Part shown: one piece after another, positions 41,754 through 52,028 of the stretch
How the letters are laid out: each line of letters starts with the position of its first letter
How positions within the stretch are numbered: the stretch's first letter is position 1
DNA from: an uncultured Gemmatimonadaceae bacterium
GTDB lineage: Bacteria; Gemmatimonadota; Gemmatimonadetes; Gemmatimonadales; Gemmatimonadaceae
Length of the DNA: 64,000 bases
NCBI GenBank assembly: GCA_963781585.1
Contig: CAWAGQ010000010.1
Location: 1-64,000, forward strand
Reading direction: 5' to 3'
Notes under the pieces: model-generated
Seen by the model: only the letters and a program-made list of their open reading frames with translations
Told to the model about the DNA's origin: nothing
The model's database searches: none
Translations under genes and position numbers: made by a program

Positions 41754-42113
41754 ATGCGGGACGAGTTCGAATCGTCGGAGCAATCCGGCGAGGTGCGGCG
41801 TGTGGACTGCGCGGCGCGGTTCACGCCGCCTCGCGAGGGCGATGAGGACTTCGACGACGACACGGATACGGACGACGATCTCGACGACGACGACGGTGAA
41901 TTCGACGATTCCGAGAATCTCGAATTCGACGACGATCTCGACGCCGATGACGAGAACGATGACGACTCGGAGGGGGACGACGCGGAGGATGATGACGACG
42001 ACGACGAATTCGACAGCGACTTCGACGAAGATCTCATCGACCTCGACGACGAGTACGATGACTTCGATGAGGAGGACCGGCACAAGCCGGGCCACCATCG
42101 GGACGAGGATTAG
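41754..42113 (+). CDS. Highly acidic (Asp/Glu-rich) low-complexity hypothetical protein
   Basis: GGAG upstream; long GAC/GAT/GAG-rich run kept in one frame. Confidence 0.6.
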   Translation: MRDEFESSEQSGEVRRVDCAARFTPPREGDEDFDDDTDTDDDLDDDDGEFDDSENLEFDDDLDADDENDDDSEGDDAEDDDDDDEFDSDFDEDLIDLDDEYDDFDEEDRHKPGHHRDED

Positions 42114-42170
42114 GGGAAAGGGCCATCCGTCATGGGCCACCGGCCACGTCCCCCGAGCGCTTCCGCCCGC

Positions 42171-42198
42171 TTGATTCGCCGCCCGGTCCCCTTAGTTT
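42171..42198 (+). promoter_or_regulatory. Candidate sigma70 rRNA promoter
   Basis: TTGATT-16 nt-TAGTTT; boxA-like TGTTTGACAA near 42252. Confidence 0.55.
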
Positions 42199-42383
42199 TG
42201 ACGTCCCGCTGACGCAGGTCGGCGGGACGTGGTGTTCGGTGGATCACCGGTTGTTTGACAATCGAGCGTGTGCGTGTGGGGTTCTCGCCGATCCGCTGCG
42301 ATCGTGCGCAGCGGGGAGAGTCGAGACACGATGGATTCGGGGCGCGGTCCACGATCGCGCCCGCATGAGCTACATCGAACTTT

Positions 42384-43920
<1,537 letters not shown>

Positions 43921-44027
43921 ACGGAGCAGGCGAGTAGGACTCGGCGCCTAACGAACATGGTTCGGGGCGCCGGCCGAAAGCGGCTCACCAGTCGCACCCC
44001 GCCCGCACACGCTCGATGCTACTTTAC

Positions 44028-44062
44028 GGATCCCCGACCCCGCTCGGCAGGGCCGGGGATTC
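44028..44062. terminator. Hairpin between the convergent 16S and Ig-protein genes
   Basis: GGATCCCCG...CGGGGATTC stem; no clear U-tract. Confidence 0.5.
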
Positions 44063-44063
44063 G

Positions 44064-46592
44064 CTACTTCACCATCACCGACGCGCTGCCGCTCCTCGCC
44101 CCGCAGGTCGCCGACACCGTCGCCCCACCCTTCGATATCCCCGTCACGGTGAGAGCGATCTCTCCGCTGCCGTCGGTCAGGCCCTGCACGGGCGTGACGA
44201 TGACCCGCAGGAGATTGCTCGATGCCATCGTGCACGGGCGCCCCGATAGCGGAGCCCCGCCGCCATCCGTCACCTGCACGGTCAGCGATCCCTTCTTCCC
44301 CACGCCCACGTTCAGCGTTGCGGGGACGATGGTCACGCGGCCGACCCCAGGCACCACCCGCATCACCACCGCGTCACTGATGCCTCCGCTCGTGGCCGTG
44401 ATGCTCACCGGGCCGGCGGACACGCCGGTCACCGTCACCGCCAGCTCGCCCGAGGAGTTCGAGGTGCCCGAATCCGGCGCGACCGACGCCAGCGAAGGAT
44501 CGCTGCTGACCACCCCCACGTGCTGGCCCGGAACCGGCTGGCCCCCGCCGTCGAGCAGCCTTATGGTGCCCCCGACCGTCCCCGGGATGATCACGGAATC
44601 GGCCGCCAGCGACAACGCCACGCTCGTCACCGTTGGTCCCACCGTCACCATCGACGTCCCATGCGAGGTGTCCACCTGCGCCGTAATCGTCGCCAGGCCG
44701 TTCCCCACCGCCGAGACCAGTCCGGCCGCGGACACGGTGGCAACCGTTCCATCCGAACTGGACCAGCTCGTGGCCCGGCCGCCTAACGCCGAACCGCTCA
44801 CTGCCAGCCCGCCCGAATCGCGCGGCGTCGCCGCCAGCGGCGCCGTCGCGGGCGCGACCAGGACGACCGTCGTCGGCATCACATCCACCGACACGATCGC
44901 CACCAGGTCCACCGTCACCGACGACTTCCCCGATATGCCCTCGCTGGTGGCGGTAATGGTCGCTGAGCCCGGCGCCACACCGGTGACCACACCGCTGCCC
45001 GCGTCCACCGCGGCCACCAACGGTGCCGACGAGGTCCAGACGATTGCCCGTCCGGTGATCACGCTGCCCGACGCATCCCGCGTCTCAGCGGCAAACCGTC
45101 GCGCATACGTCGAGCCGACGTGCACCGTCGCTGCCGACGGATGCACCAGTACCGACGCCACCGGCGCGGACGTGACGTTCAGAGCGCTCGATCCACTCGG
45201 CGTCGTGCCGCCGATGCCCCCGCCCGGAGACGACGCGCTGATCGTCGCCTGACCAGCCGAGATGCCGGTCACCAGGCCGCTCTGCGAGACCGACGCCACC
45301 GAGCCGGCGTTCGACGCCCAGACAATGGTCCGACCCGTGAGCACGCTGCCCCGCGCGTCACGTGCGGTCGCGGTGAGCTGAACGGTTCGCTTCTCCTCCA
45401 CCGTGGCCGGGGACGGAGTGACCTCCAGCGTTGCGATCGGCGCGAGCGCCACCGTGACCACAGTCGTGCCGATGACCATGCCATCGGTGGCCGTCACCGT
45501 GACGGTGCCGACGGCAACCGCGGAAAGCACTCCGGCTCCGCTGACCGTGGCAACGTTCACGTCGCCGGTGGCCCACGAGATCGAATCGCCCGTGATCACG
45601 TTCCCCTGTGCGTCGCGCACGGTCGCCAACATCGGCAGAGTCTCTCCGACCGTGAGCGCGGGCGACGCCGGCGTGACCTGCAGCGTGACGGCCACTCCAG
45701 GGGTGACTGTCACTTCGGACGTGCCGCTCACGCCGCCCGACGTGGCGGTGATCGTCGCGCTTCCCGGGCTCACGCTCTGTACACGTCCGCTGCTCGAGAC
45801 CACGGCGACACTCTGGTCGCTCGAGCTCCACACCACCAGGCGCCCGGCAAGCGGATTGCCGTCGCGGTCGCTGATGATCGTGGCGAGCTGCACGAAGCCG
45901 CCGGAGGGGAGCCTTGCGGTCGGAGGCGTCACCACCACCGACGATACCGGAACCAGAACGACAGTCACGAGCGCAGTCCCGATCACGCCGCCCGCCGCCG
46001 CGCGGATGAGCGTCGCGCCCGGGGCGACGCCCGTCACAACGCCGGACGCGCTCACCGTCGCTATCGCGGGATCAGCAGAAGTCCAGTCGATGACGATGCC
46101 AGCGAGCGGGTTACCGTCGGCGTCACGGGCCTCCGCACCGAACGGAACGGTCCTGCCCACTTCCACGTCTGATTGCGGCGGTGCGACCGCGACGTGAGCC
46201 ACCGGGCGGGGGGTGACGGTGACGACGGCGATTCCCGACGTCCCCCTGAGTGAGGCAGCGATCTGCGTCGTCCCCGGCGCCAGCCCCGTCACCACCCCCG
46301 ACCGGCTGATGCTCGCGATGGTGGTGTTTTCCACGGACCAGAACGCGCTCCGCGCTTCCACGTCGTTCCCGTCCTGGTTGAACGTGAAGGCCGACAGCGT
46401 CGCGGTCCCTCCGATCGTGACCGTCACCCGGTCCGGGCGCACTTCAAGCAGCCCAGTCACGTTGGCAGCGGTAGGGGACGCCGCCTCCTGGCAGGAGAAC
46501 GCCGATCCCACGATCGTTGCGACCGCGAGCAGGCGCCACGGCCCATTCCGGGGGACGCCCTTACGCGCCTGTCGTCGCGCGCCCATCACCAT
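44064..46592 (-). CDS. Lipoprotein with tandem bacterial Ig-like (Big_2) repeats
   Basis: Lipobox-like GSAFSC; repeated W.SS...VATV...G.VT.V..G.ATITA units. Confidence 0.85.
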   Translation of the reverse strand: MVMGARRQARKGVPRNGPWRLLAVATIVGSAFSCQEAASPTAANVTGLLEVRPDRVTVTIGGTATLSAFTFNQDGNDVEARSAFWSVENTTIASISRSGVVTGLAPGTTQIAASLRGTSGIAVVTVTPRPVAHVAVAPPQSDVEVGRTVPFGAEARDADGNPLAGIVIDWTSADPAIATVSASGVVTGVAPGATLIRAAAGGVIGTALVTVVLVPVSSVVVTPPTARLPSGGFVQLATIISDRDGNPLAGRLVVWSSSDQSVAVVSSSGRVQSVSPGSATITATSGGVSGTSEVTVTPGVAVTLQVTPASPALTVGETLPMLATVRDAQGNVITGDSISWATGDVNVATVSGAGVLSAVAVGTVTVTATDGMVIGTTVVTVALAPIATLEVTPSPATVEEKRTVQLTATARDARGSVLTGRTIVWASNAGSVASVSQSGLVTGISAGQATISASSPGGGIGGTTPSGSSALNVTSAPVASVLVHPSAATVHVGSTYARRFAAETRDASGSVITGRAIVWTSSAPLVAAVDAGSGVVTGVAPGSATITATSEGISGKSSVTVDLVAIVSVDVMPTTVVLVAPATAPLAATPRDSGGLAVSGSALGGRATSWSSSDGTVATVSAAGLVSAVGNGLATITAQVDTSHGTSMVTVGPTVTSVALSLAADSVIIPGTVGGTIRLLDGGGQPVPGQHVGVVSSDPSLASVAPDSGTSNSSGELAVTVTGVSAGPVSITATSGGISDAVVMRVVPGVGRVTIVPATLNVGVGKKGSLTVQVTDGGGAPLSGRPCTMASSNLLRVIVTPVQGLTDGSGEIALTVTGISKGGATVSATCGARSGSASVMVK

Positions 46593-46892
46593 GCCTGAAG
46601 ATCCGCACGCTGCGAAATCCTGCTGTGCCGGACCGGTGTGCGGTCCCCCGGTCGCGGCTGGACCTTGGAATATCCGCGCTCCACATCGTGGCGCAATGTC
46701 TGCGCCTGCCCGCTGCCGGCCGCCGTGAGCGGCGACACATGCTCGCCGTCGGGAGGGCGAGCTCACCTCCGGCCCGCCGCAGGCGGTCTCATGCGACCCG
46801 ACTCACTCGTACCGGCGTGGCGGAAACCTGCCTCCGTGCTCGACTTCGCCTCCGGTTGGTCCGCTCACGCTCCGAACGCGATCGCGAGTCCA

Positions 46893-48110
46893 TCACGGGC
46901 GATCCGCAGACGCACCGAACGACACCAAGAGCCCCAGTCCCACCCGCCGACCTGGCACAACGAGCACGATGGGTACCGGCCCGCCATCGCTGCGCGGCAG
47001 CGCCAGTGCCACCTGTGCGGCGCTCCCGCTCCGCGACGGCTGACCCGGCGAGGTGTCGATGATCGCCTCTGCGCGCGCGCGCGTCCCTCTCGCGTAGGCC
47101 ATGGCTTCGATGGACGCTCCCAGCCAGAGCGCGCCCGCGCCGGCGGCGCCGACCACGAAGTGCGGTCGCTCCGTCCGGGGAATCGAGTCGGAGTACGGGT
47201 TCCCGAACGGATCCGTGAATTGCTGGACTCGAATCGTCTCCTGGGAGAGAAAACCGTAGTAGACCGCGCCGGCCACGGCACCGAGCACCGCCAGTCCGAG
47301 CAGCGGACGGCCGGTGTTCATCTGCCCCAACCCGGGCACGATCCCCGAGAGGAGCGCGCGACCGGGACTGTAGACGCGATCCTGGAGACGCGCCGAAGCC
47401 GTCCGGATCGCAGCGCGGTCGGTGGCCGCGGGGGCGAGGTCGAGGTACTTCTCGAAGTCCCCGATGGCGGCCGCGCGCTCTCCTCGGGCGGCGCGGGCGA
47501 GGCCGCGGTTGTAGTACGCCTCGCCCGCAGTGGGGAGCTGGGTGGCGACGGCCCCGAAAACGGCTTCGGCGGCGGCGAACTGGCGCCGCTCGAGCAGGGC
47601 CACGCCGGAACGGAAGTTCGCCCGGGCTTCGTCCACCCGTGCCAGCTCCGAGGCCGGCACCAGCCGCACGACCCGGCCCCGGACCTCGTCTCCGTCCGGC
47701 GCGTTAGGCGAGAGCGTCAGGTAGCGGCAGTATTCGCGCACCGCGGCAGTGGCCGAATCGAGCGCCTCGTATTCGCGCCCGAGGTAGTACGCGACCCGCG
47801 CGTTCGACGGCGCCCGTAGCGCCGCCTTGAAGAATGCGTCGCGTGCCGCGGCGTGCTCCCCCTGCAGCGCCGCTTCCTGGCCGTCGGCGATGAGCTGACG
47901 TGCCTCCGCGTCGTCCCCGGACCCCGTACCGATCGGTGCCCCCGGGGTCGTGGGCAAGTACCTGGTGCATCCGGAGGCTCCGCTGGACGCGAGCGTCGGC
48001 TTCGGGGCAAGGCGCTGGGCGTCGGCGCGACCCGCGACCGCGGCCAGTGGCATCGCTATCGCGGCCAGGACCAGTGCGCGTCGAAGAATGAATCCCGCCA
48101 CCGGATGCAC
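46893..48110 (-). CDS. Secreted TPR-repeat protein with C-terminal membrane segments
   Basis: Signal peptide; YYLGREYEAL, AYYNRGLARA...YLDLAP; LLSGIVPGLGQM. Confidence 0.82.
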   Translation of the reverse strand: MHPVAGFILRRALVLAAIAMPLAAVAGRADAQRLAPKPTLASSGASGCTRYLPTTPGAPIGTGSGDDAEARQLIADGQEAALQGEHAAARDAFFKAALRAPSNARVAYYLGREYEALDSATAAVREYCRYLTLSPNAPDGDEVRGRVVRLVPASELARVDEARANFRSGVALLERRQFAAAEAVFGAVATQLPTAGEAYYNRGLARAARGERAAAIGDFEKYLDLAPAATDRAAIRTASARLQDRVYSPGRALLSGIVPGLGQMNTGRPLLGLAVLGAVAGAVYYGFLSQETIRVQQFTDPFGNPYSDSIPRTERPHFVVGAAGAGALWLGASIEAMAYARGTRARAEAIIDTSPGQPSRSGSAAQVALALPRSDGGPVPIVLVVPGRRVGLGLLVSFGASADRP

Positions 48111-48120
48111 GTGGTCGCTC

Positions 48121-51100
48121 CTAGTTCACGGTGATGGACGAGGTCGCCACCTTCCCCTCGCACGTCACGGTAATGGTCGCTGTTCCGGTGGCCACCGGTG
48201 TAACGGTCAGTACGATCTGACCAAGGGGATCCGTGTTGCCGGATGTCGGCGCCACCGTCGCTACGTTGGTGTCGCTGGACATGACCGTGCAAGCCCGCCC
48301 AGCCAGCGCCGCGTGTGAAGCGTCTTCGACGTTCGCCGTCAGCGAGGCAGCCGTGGGTACCGTCAAGGGGGGAACCGGGTCCGGCGTGATGAAGACGGTG
48401 TCGACTGCAGCCAGCACGCGCACCACGACCACTCCCACCTGTCCCTCGCTGGTGGCCGAAATCGTGCTGTTCCCGGCCGAGACGCCCGTGATCAGCCCGG
48501 TGGACGGGTCCACCGTCGCCACCGATGGATCGCTCGACGCCCAGATGATCGGGCGTCCGGTGAGGGTGTTGTTGGCGGCATCTTTGAGCGTCGCCGTGGC
48601 CTGCAGCGAGGTGGTGCCGAGAATTGAATCGCCCGGAGTCGTGACCGTTACCGTACTGACGTGAGCCAGCACCCGAACGTCGTAGGCGCCGATCTTCGTT
48701 TCGCTCGTCGCCGTGATTGTCACCGTGCCGCTCGACACGCCGGTGATCAATCCGGTCAACGGATCGACCGTTGCCAGAGATGGATCCCCTGAAGCCCAGG
48801 TGACCGGCCTGCCGGTCAGTGTGTTGTTGCTCGCGTCCTTGAGCGTTGCGGTGGCCTGCAGCGTCCCCGTGCCGAGGATCGAGTCTCCCGCGGCAGTCAC
48901 GGTCACCGTGTTCACCGGCGCCAGCATGTGCACGGGCAAGCTCCCCACGATGCCCGCGCTGGTGGCGGTGATGTTCACGTTCCCCGGCGCAACGCCGGTG
49001 ATGGTGATGGCGACCTGACCTGAGCCGTTCGAGGTCGCGCTCCCCGGAGCGACCGTGGCCACGGACGGGTTGCTCGAGGCGATGGTGACGGTGCGTCCCG
49101 GGATTGGGGTGCTCGTGGCATCGCGCACGGTCGCTGTCGCCGATAGCGTCCCGGTGCCGACGATCAAGGTGTCGACTGGCGCGGTCACCGGCACCGAGCC
49201 CACCGCGGCGAGCACGTGGACCACCAGGTTGTCGCTCTTCCCTTCAACGGTCGCCGTGATCGTGGCAGTCCCGGGTGACACGCCGGTGATGAGCCCCGAC
49301 GCCGAATTGACCGTGGCGACGGGAGTCGCATTGCTGGACCATGTGATCGGGCGCCCGGTAAGGAGGTTGTTGCCCGCGTCGCGAAGCGTCGCCGCAGCCT
49401 GCAGCGTCGCCGTGCCGATGATCGAATCCGCCGGTGCGGTCACCGAAACGGAATTCACCGACGCCAGCATCCGGACCGGGAGCGTGCCGCTCACGCCGCT
49501 GCTGGTGGCGGTGATGGTGGCCGTCCCGGGCGACACGCTCGTTACGCTGATCGGCACGTTGCCCCCAGCGCCGGACGTGGCGTTTGAAGGACTCACGGTG
49601 GCTACCCCGATGTTGTTCGAGGAGATCGTGACCGTGCGTCCGGGAAGTGGGTTGTTGTTGGTGTCGCGCACCCTGGCGTTGGCCGACAGCGACCCGGCGC
49701 CAATCAGCGAGTCGGGGTTGGCCGTCACCTGCACCGAGCCCACGCCCGTGACCACGCGAATGCTCTTCGTTCCCTGTTTCGACTCGCTGGTGGCGGTGAT
49801 GGTCGTGGTACCGTCCGCGACACCGGTGATAAGCCCGGTGGACGCGTTCACCGTTGCCACCGATGGACTGCTGCTGGTCCACGCGATCGGGCGTCCGGTA
49901 AGAATGACGCTGCCGGCGTCCCTGAGCGTCGCCGTCGCCTGCAGCGTGGAGGTGCCGACGATGGAATCACTGGGCGCCGTCACGGTCACCGTGCTCACCG
50001 GATTCAGCATCCGCAGCGCAGTCGACCCGCTGTGTCCGCCGCTGCTCGCGTTGATGGTCGCCGAGCCCGCAGCGACACCCGTGACGGTGATGGCGACGGT
50101 CCCCGTCGCACTGGTTGTCGCCGAGAGGGGCGCCACGGTTGCGACCGCGGGATTCGACGAGGAGATGGCCACCGAACGGCCAGGGAGCGGGTTCGAGCCC
50201 GCGTCGCGGACGGTGATGGTGCCCGACACGGTGCCGGGGAGGATCAACGAGTCAGGCGCCACGGCAACGACCACCGATCCCGTACCGGCCAGCACCGTGA
50301 TGTCCGACGTGGCACTCTTGCCGGCGACCGTCGCGGTGATGGTGGCCGATCCCAGCGCAACCGCGGTCACCAGTCCGGTCTGACTGATGGTGGCGGCGGC
50401 CGCATTGCTGGTGTTCCAGGACGTGGATCGGCCGCCTAACGCCACTCCGGCGATCGCGCCGCCGGAGGAATCGCGCGCCGTGACGATCAGCTGCTGGGTC
50501 CCCGGCGGGACCAGCGTCGCCGTCGGCGGCGACAGATCGACGCGCTCGATCGGCACCAGGTCGATCGTCGCGCTCGCGGTGCCCAGGATTCCCTCACTCA
50601 GCGCCCGAATCTGGGTCACCCCCGGCGCCACGCCGGTGACCACGCCGGCCAACGCGTCGACGCTGGCGGCCGCAGGATTCGAGGACGACCACAACACGGT
50701 CCGCCCGGTGAGTTCGTGACCGAGCGCGTCCTTCATGGTGGCGGTGAATCGCACCCCATACGTCGCACCGACGTGCACCGTCGCCGGATCGGGCGTCACC
50801 ACCACTGATGCCACGGGCGCGTTGGACACCGACAGGCTCGCCGTGCCCTCGACGCTCCCGGGAGGGGGCGCACCGGGTGTGGTCACTGTGGCCGTGATGA
50901 TGGCGCTGCCCACCGCCACGCCGGTCGCGACGCCGCTCGCGCCGTCGATCGTGGCCACCGTAGGATCGCTGCTCGACCACACTACCGTGCGGCCGCTCAC
51001 CGTGAGCGGCACACCACCGGCATCGAACAGGTTGACGCCGAAGTTGGTCGTCTCGTTCACCCGGATCGACGCGGTCGAGGGCACGACATTCATGGTGGCG

Positions 51101-52014
51101 ACCGGCACGAGGCCCACCGTCACAGTGGCCGTGCCCTTGGGTGTCGATCCTCCCGGGCCGCTCTCCGGTGACGACGCGGTGACGGTGGCGGTGCCCGGAC
51201 TGACCCCGGTCACTACCCCCTGCTGCGAGACTGCCGCGATCGCGTCATTGCTCGACGACCAGACGATCGTACGTCCGGTGAGCGCATTGCCGTCGGCGTC
51301 CGCAGCGGTGGCGGTGAGCGGTTGCGTGCGCCCCACCTGGACGCTGACGCTGGGTGGCGCGATCATGATGGTGGCCACGGGGACTGGTACGACGGTCACG
51401 ATGGCGGTCCCCTGGACCGCGTCGACTGTGGCGTGGATGGTGGCCGCTCCGGGCGCGACGCCGCTCACGATCCCGTTTTCGTTCACCGTGGCGACGGACG
51501 GATCGCTCGACGACCAGACCGCCGTCCGCCCGCTGATCTGGCCGCCACCCGCGTCCAGAACCTCCAGAACCAGCTCCTTGCTGCTCCCGACTTCGACGCT
51601 GGTGGCCGACGGAGTCAAACGTACGATCGCCACCGGCGGATTCGTGACCGTGACCGCCACGAACGCCGGCACGCCCCGACTCGATGCGGCGATCTGGGTC
51701 GCGCCGGGTGACACCGCCGTCACCACGCCCGCCTGGCTCACGGTTGCGATGGCGCGATTCTGCGACGACCAGAATACACGGGCCACGATCTCCTGACCGG
51801 CATCATCGAACACGTGCGCCGCCACCGGCGCGTTCGCGCCGGCCGCGAGGTTCAGCACCTGCGGGTCGACGCCCACCCGACTCACCTTTTCCTCGCGCGG
51901 CGACAGCGGATTGTCGCACGAGATCAGGAGCGCGGCGTAGGCCAGCGCGAGTGGCAGGCGTCGCGCGCGTCCCGTTCGACTGGTTTCCGACACGCCCGAC
52001 TGCACCGACCGCAC
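48121..52014 (-). CDS. Large lipoprotein with about 13-14 Ig-like (Big_2) repeats
   Basis: Lipobox LLISC; repeated LTGRPI.W.SS...VATV...TGLITGV units. Confidence 0.88.
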   Translation of the reverse strand: MRSVQSGVSETSRTGRARRLPLALAYAALLISCDNPLSPREEKVSRVGVDPQVLNLAAGANAPVAAHVFDDAGQEIVARVFWSSQNRAIATVSQAGVVTAVSPGATQIAASSRGVPAFVAVTVTNPPVAIVRLTPSATSVEVGSSKELVLEVLDAGGGQISGRTAVWSSSDPSVATVNENGIVSGVAPGAATIHATVDAVQGTAIVTVVPVPVATIMIAPPSVSVQVGRTQPLTATAADADGNALTGRTIVWSSSNDAIAAVSQQGVVTGVSPGTATVTASSPESGPGGSTPKGTATVTVGLVPVATMNVVPSTASIRVNETTNFGVNLFDAGGVPLTVSGRTVVWSSSDPTVATIDGASGVATGVAVGSAIITATVTTPGAPPPGSVEGTASLSVSNAPVASVVVTPDPATVHVGATYGVRFTATMKDALGHELTGRTVLWSSSNPAAASVDALAGVVTGVAPGVTQIRALSEGILGTASATIDLVPIERVDLSPPTATLVPPGTQQLIVTARDSSGGAIAGVALGGRSTSWNTSNAAAATISQTGLVTAVALGSATITATVAGKSATSDITVLAGTGSVVVAVAPDSLILPGTVSGTITVRDAGSNPLPGRSVAISSSNPAVATVAPLSATTSATGTVAITVTGVAAGSATINASSGGHSGSTALRMLNPVSTVTVTAPSDSIVGTSTLQATATLRDAGSVILTGRPIAWTSSSPSVATVNASTGLITGVADGTTTITATSESKQGTKSIRVVTGVGSVQVTANPDSLIGAGSLSANARVRDTNNNPLPGRTVTISSNNIGVATVSPSNATSGAGGNVPISVTSVSPGTATITATSSGVSGTLPVRMLASVNSVSVTAPADSIIGTATLQAAATLRDAGNNLLTGRPITWSSNATPVATVNSASGLITGVSPGTATITATVEGKSDNLVVHVLAAVGSVPVTAPVDTLIVGTGTLSATATVRDATSTPIPGRTVTIASSNPSVATVAPGSATSNGSGQVAITITGVAPGNVNITATSAGIVGSLPVHMLAPVNTVTVTAAGDSILGTGTLQATATLKDASNNTLTGRPVTWASGDPSLATVDPLTGLITGVSSGTVTITATSETKIGAYDVRVLAHVSTVTVTTPGDSILGTTSLQATATLKDAANNTLTGRPIIWASSDPSVATVDPSTGLITGVSAGNSTISATSEGQVGVVVVRVLAAVDTVFITPDPVPPLTVPTAASLTANVEDASHAALAGRACTVMSSDTNVATVAPTSGNTDPLGQIVLTVTPVATGTATITVTCEGKVATSSITVN

Positions 52015-52028
52015 CGACCGCGCCGGAC

